Assembly: GCF_006345805.1 (NCBI RefSeq)
Contig: NC_043011.1
Span: forward strand, 22,890,464 to 22,954,463
From: Octopus sinensis
Taxonomy: Eukaryota
Reading direction: 5' to 3'
Length of the DNA stretch: 64,000 nt
Shown here: positions 62,892 through 64,000 of the stretch, piece by piece
Layout of the letters: each line of letters starts with the position of its first letter
Position numbering within the stretch: the first letter of the stretch is position 1
Program-made: the position numbers and the translations under genes
The notes under the pieces: model-generated
Told to the model about the DNA's origin: nothing
Seen by the model: only the letters and a program-made list of their open reading frames with translations
The model's database searches: none

Positions 62892-64000
62892 CTAAAAAAG
62901 AAATAGAAATAGAAATACAACAACAATAATAATAACAATAATAAATTGTTTGTACCTGCCATCTGCATTTAGCTCAGGTGTATTTAGCTGAAGATTGTTA
63001 TGAGAACAAATGGCAGGGGTATTAGAATATTTCTTTAGAATCATTTTCAGTTAATAAATATGATAAAATGTGTTCTGTTTCTGGTTATCTATATATAAAG
63101 TAGGTGCAGGTATGGTTGAGAAGTTTAGGAAGTTTAGTTTTCAACCACATGGTTTTGAAATCAGCCCCATTGCATGGCAACACCATGGGCAAGTGACTTC
63201 TATTGTTCCAGGTCAACTAATGCCTTGAGAGAGAATTTGGTAGGTGAAAACTGAAAGAAGCCTGTCACGTGTGGGCAAATGTTTACAAAATTATGCTGAA
63301 CAGCAAGTCAAGAGGATGGCATCATCATATGTGACTGCATTGCAACTGGTTAAATTTATTTACAATTCCTGCCTACAAAATTGTTTGCTGCCTCTGTGTT
63401 CTTGAAATCTAGAATAAAAGCTCCATACTTATAAAATAAAGGCTGACATCTAGTTGTAAAAACTCAGCCTAATATCTACTTCTGCTTAGAGGCAGCAAGC
63501 TGGTAGAATCATTAGCATGCCAGGCAAAAGCCATTTTATTGGCCTTTACATTCAGAGTCCAAATTCTGCTGAGGTCGACATTGCCTTTCATCCTTTTGGG
63601 GTTGGTAAAAAGTACCAGTTGAACACAGGGGTTGATGTAATTGACTAACACCCTGTTTTTGCTTTTTGAAGATGACTATGATTTTAAAAATTCATTACTT
63701 TTAAAAACAGATGTGTTAGTGAGAGAAATTAGTGAATATATAATACAGATGTCTGTCAGTCTGTGTAGCTGTATGCATTTCTACATTTTACAATAGATTT
63801 GCACCAAATTTCATACATGGGTTTCTTAAGTCCTATTACGCATCATAAGCTATTTTATTTTTCCGTACATCGATTGTGCCCCCCCCCCCCCCGGGCAGAT
63901 AACCCTCTTAAGCTTCTCTTTTTTGGCCCCATAATTCCAGCACTCTGCCACCCATCTTCACCAAAATTAATCTTTTGTTTGTTTATGGCCTAGAAATAAA

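Overview
AT-rich, repeat-dense animal genomic DNA. The SINE, RTE and microsatellite content points to an octopod cephalopod (inference). Three spliced protein-coding genes were reconstructed by hand from GT-AG boundaries. (1) Complete PSAT1 (phosphoserine aminotransferase), + strand, 10 exons, 2305-27764, 373 aa. (2) Complete SMIM7, + strand, 5 exons, 35778-48143, 74 aa; the ORF track misses it. (3) The last two coding exons of a GPI-anchored melanotransferrin-like gene, - strand, 62891-58860. Introns and intergenic DNA hold tRNA-derived SINEs, RTE, CR1 and R4-like LINE fragments, Penelope-like (PLE) remnants, mariner, piggyBac-like and Merlin-like MITEs, and a near-intact pogo (POGK/Passer-type) transposon. 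The most notable unexplained structure is a recurring set of type I hammerhead ribozyme motifs with palindromic stem III, the dimer-cleaving type associated with PLEs. Several occur as head-to-head inverted pairs. The best pair (58229-58518) is essentially intact and lies just downstream of the melanotransferrin stop codon. The local RTE LINE also carries a complete PHD finger inside its reverse transcriptase. No ribozyme activity, expression or database match was tested.
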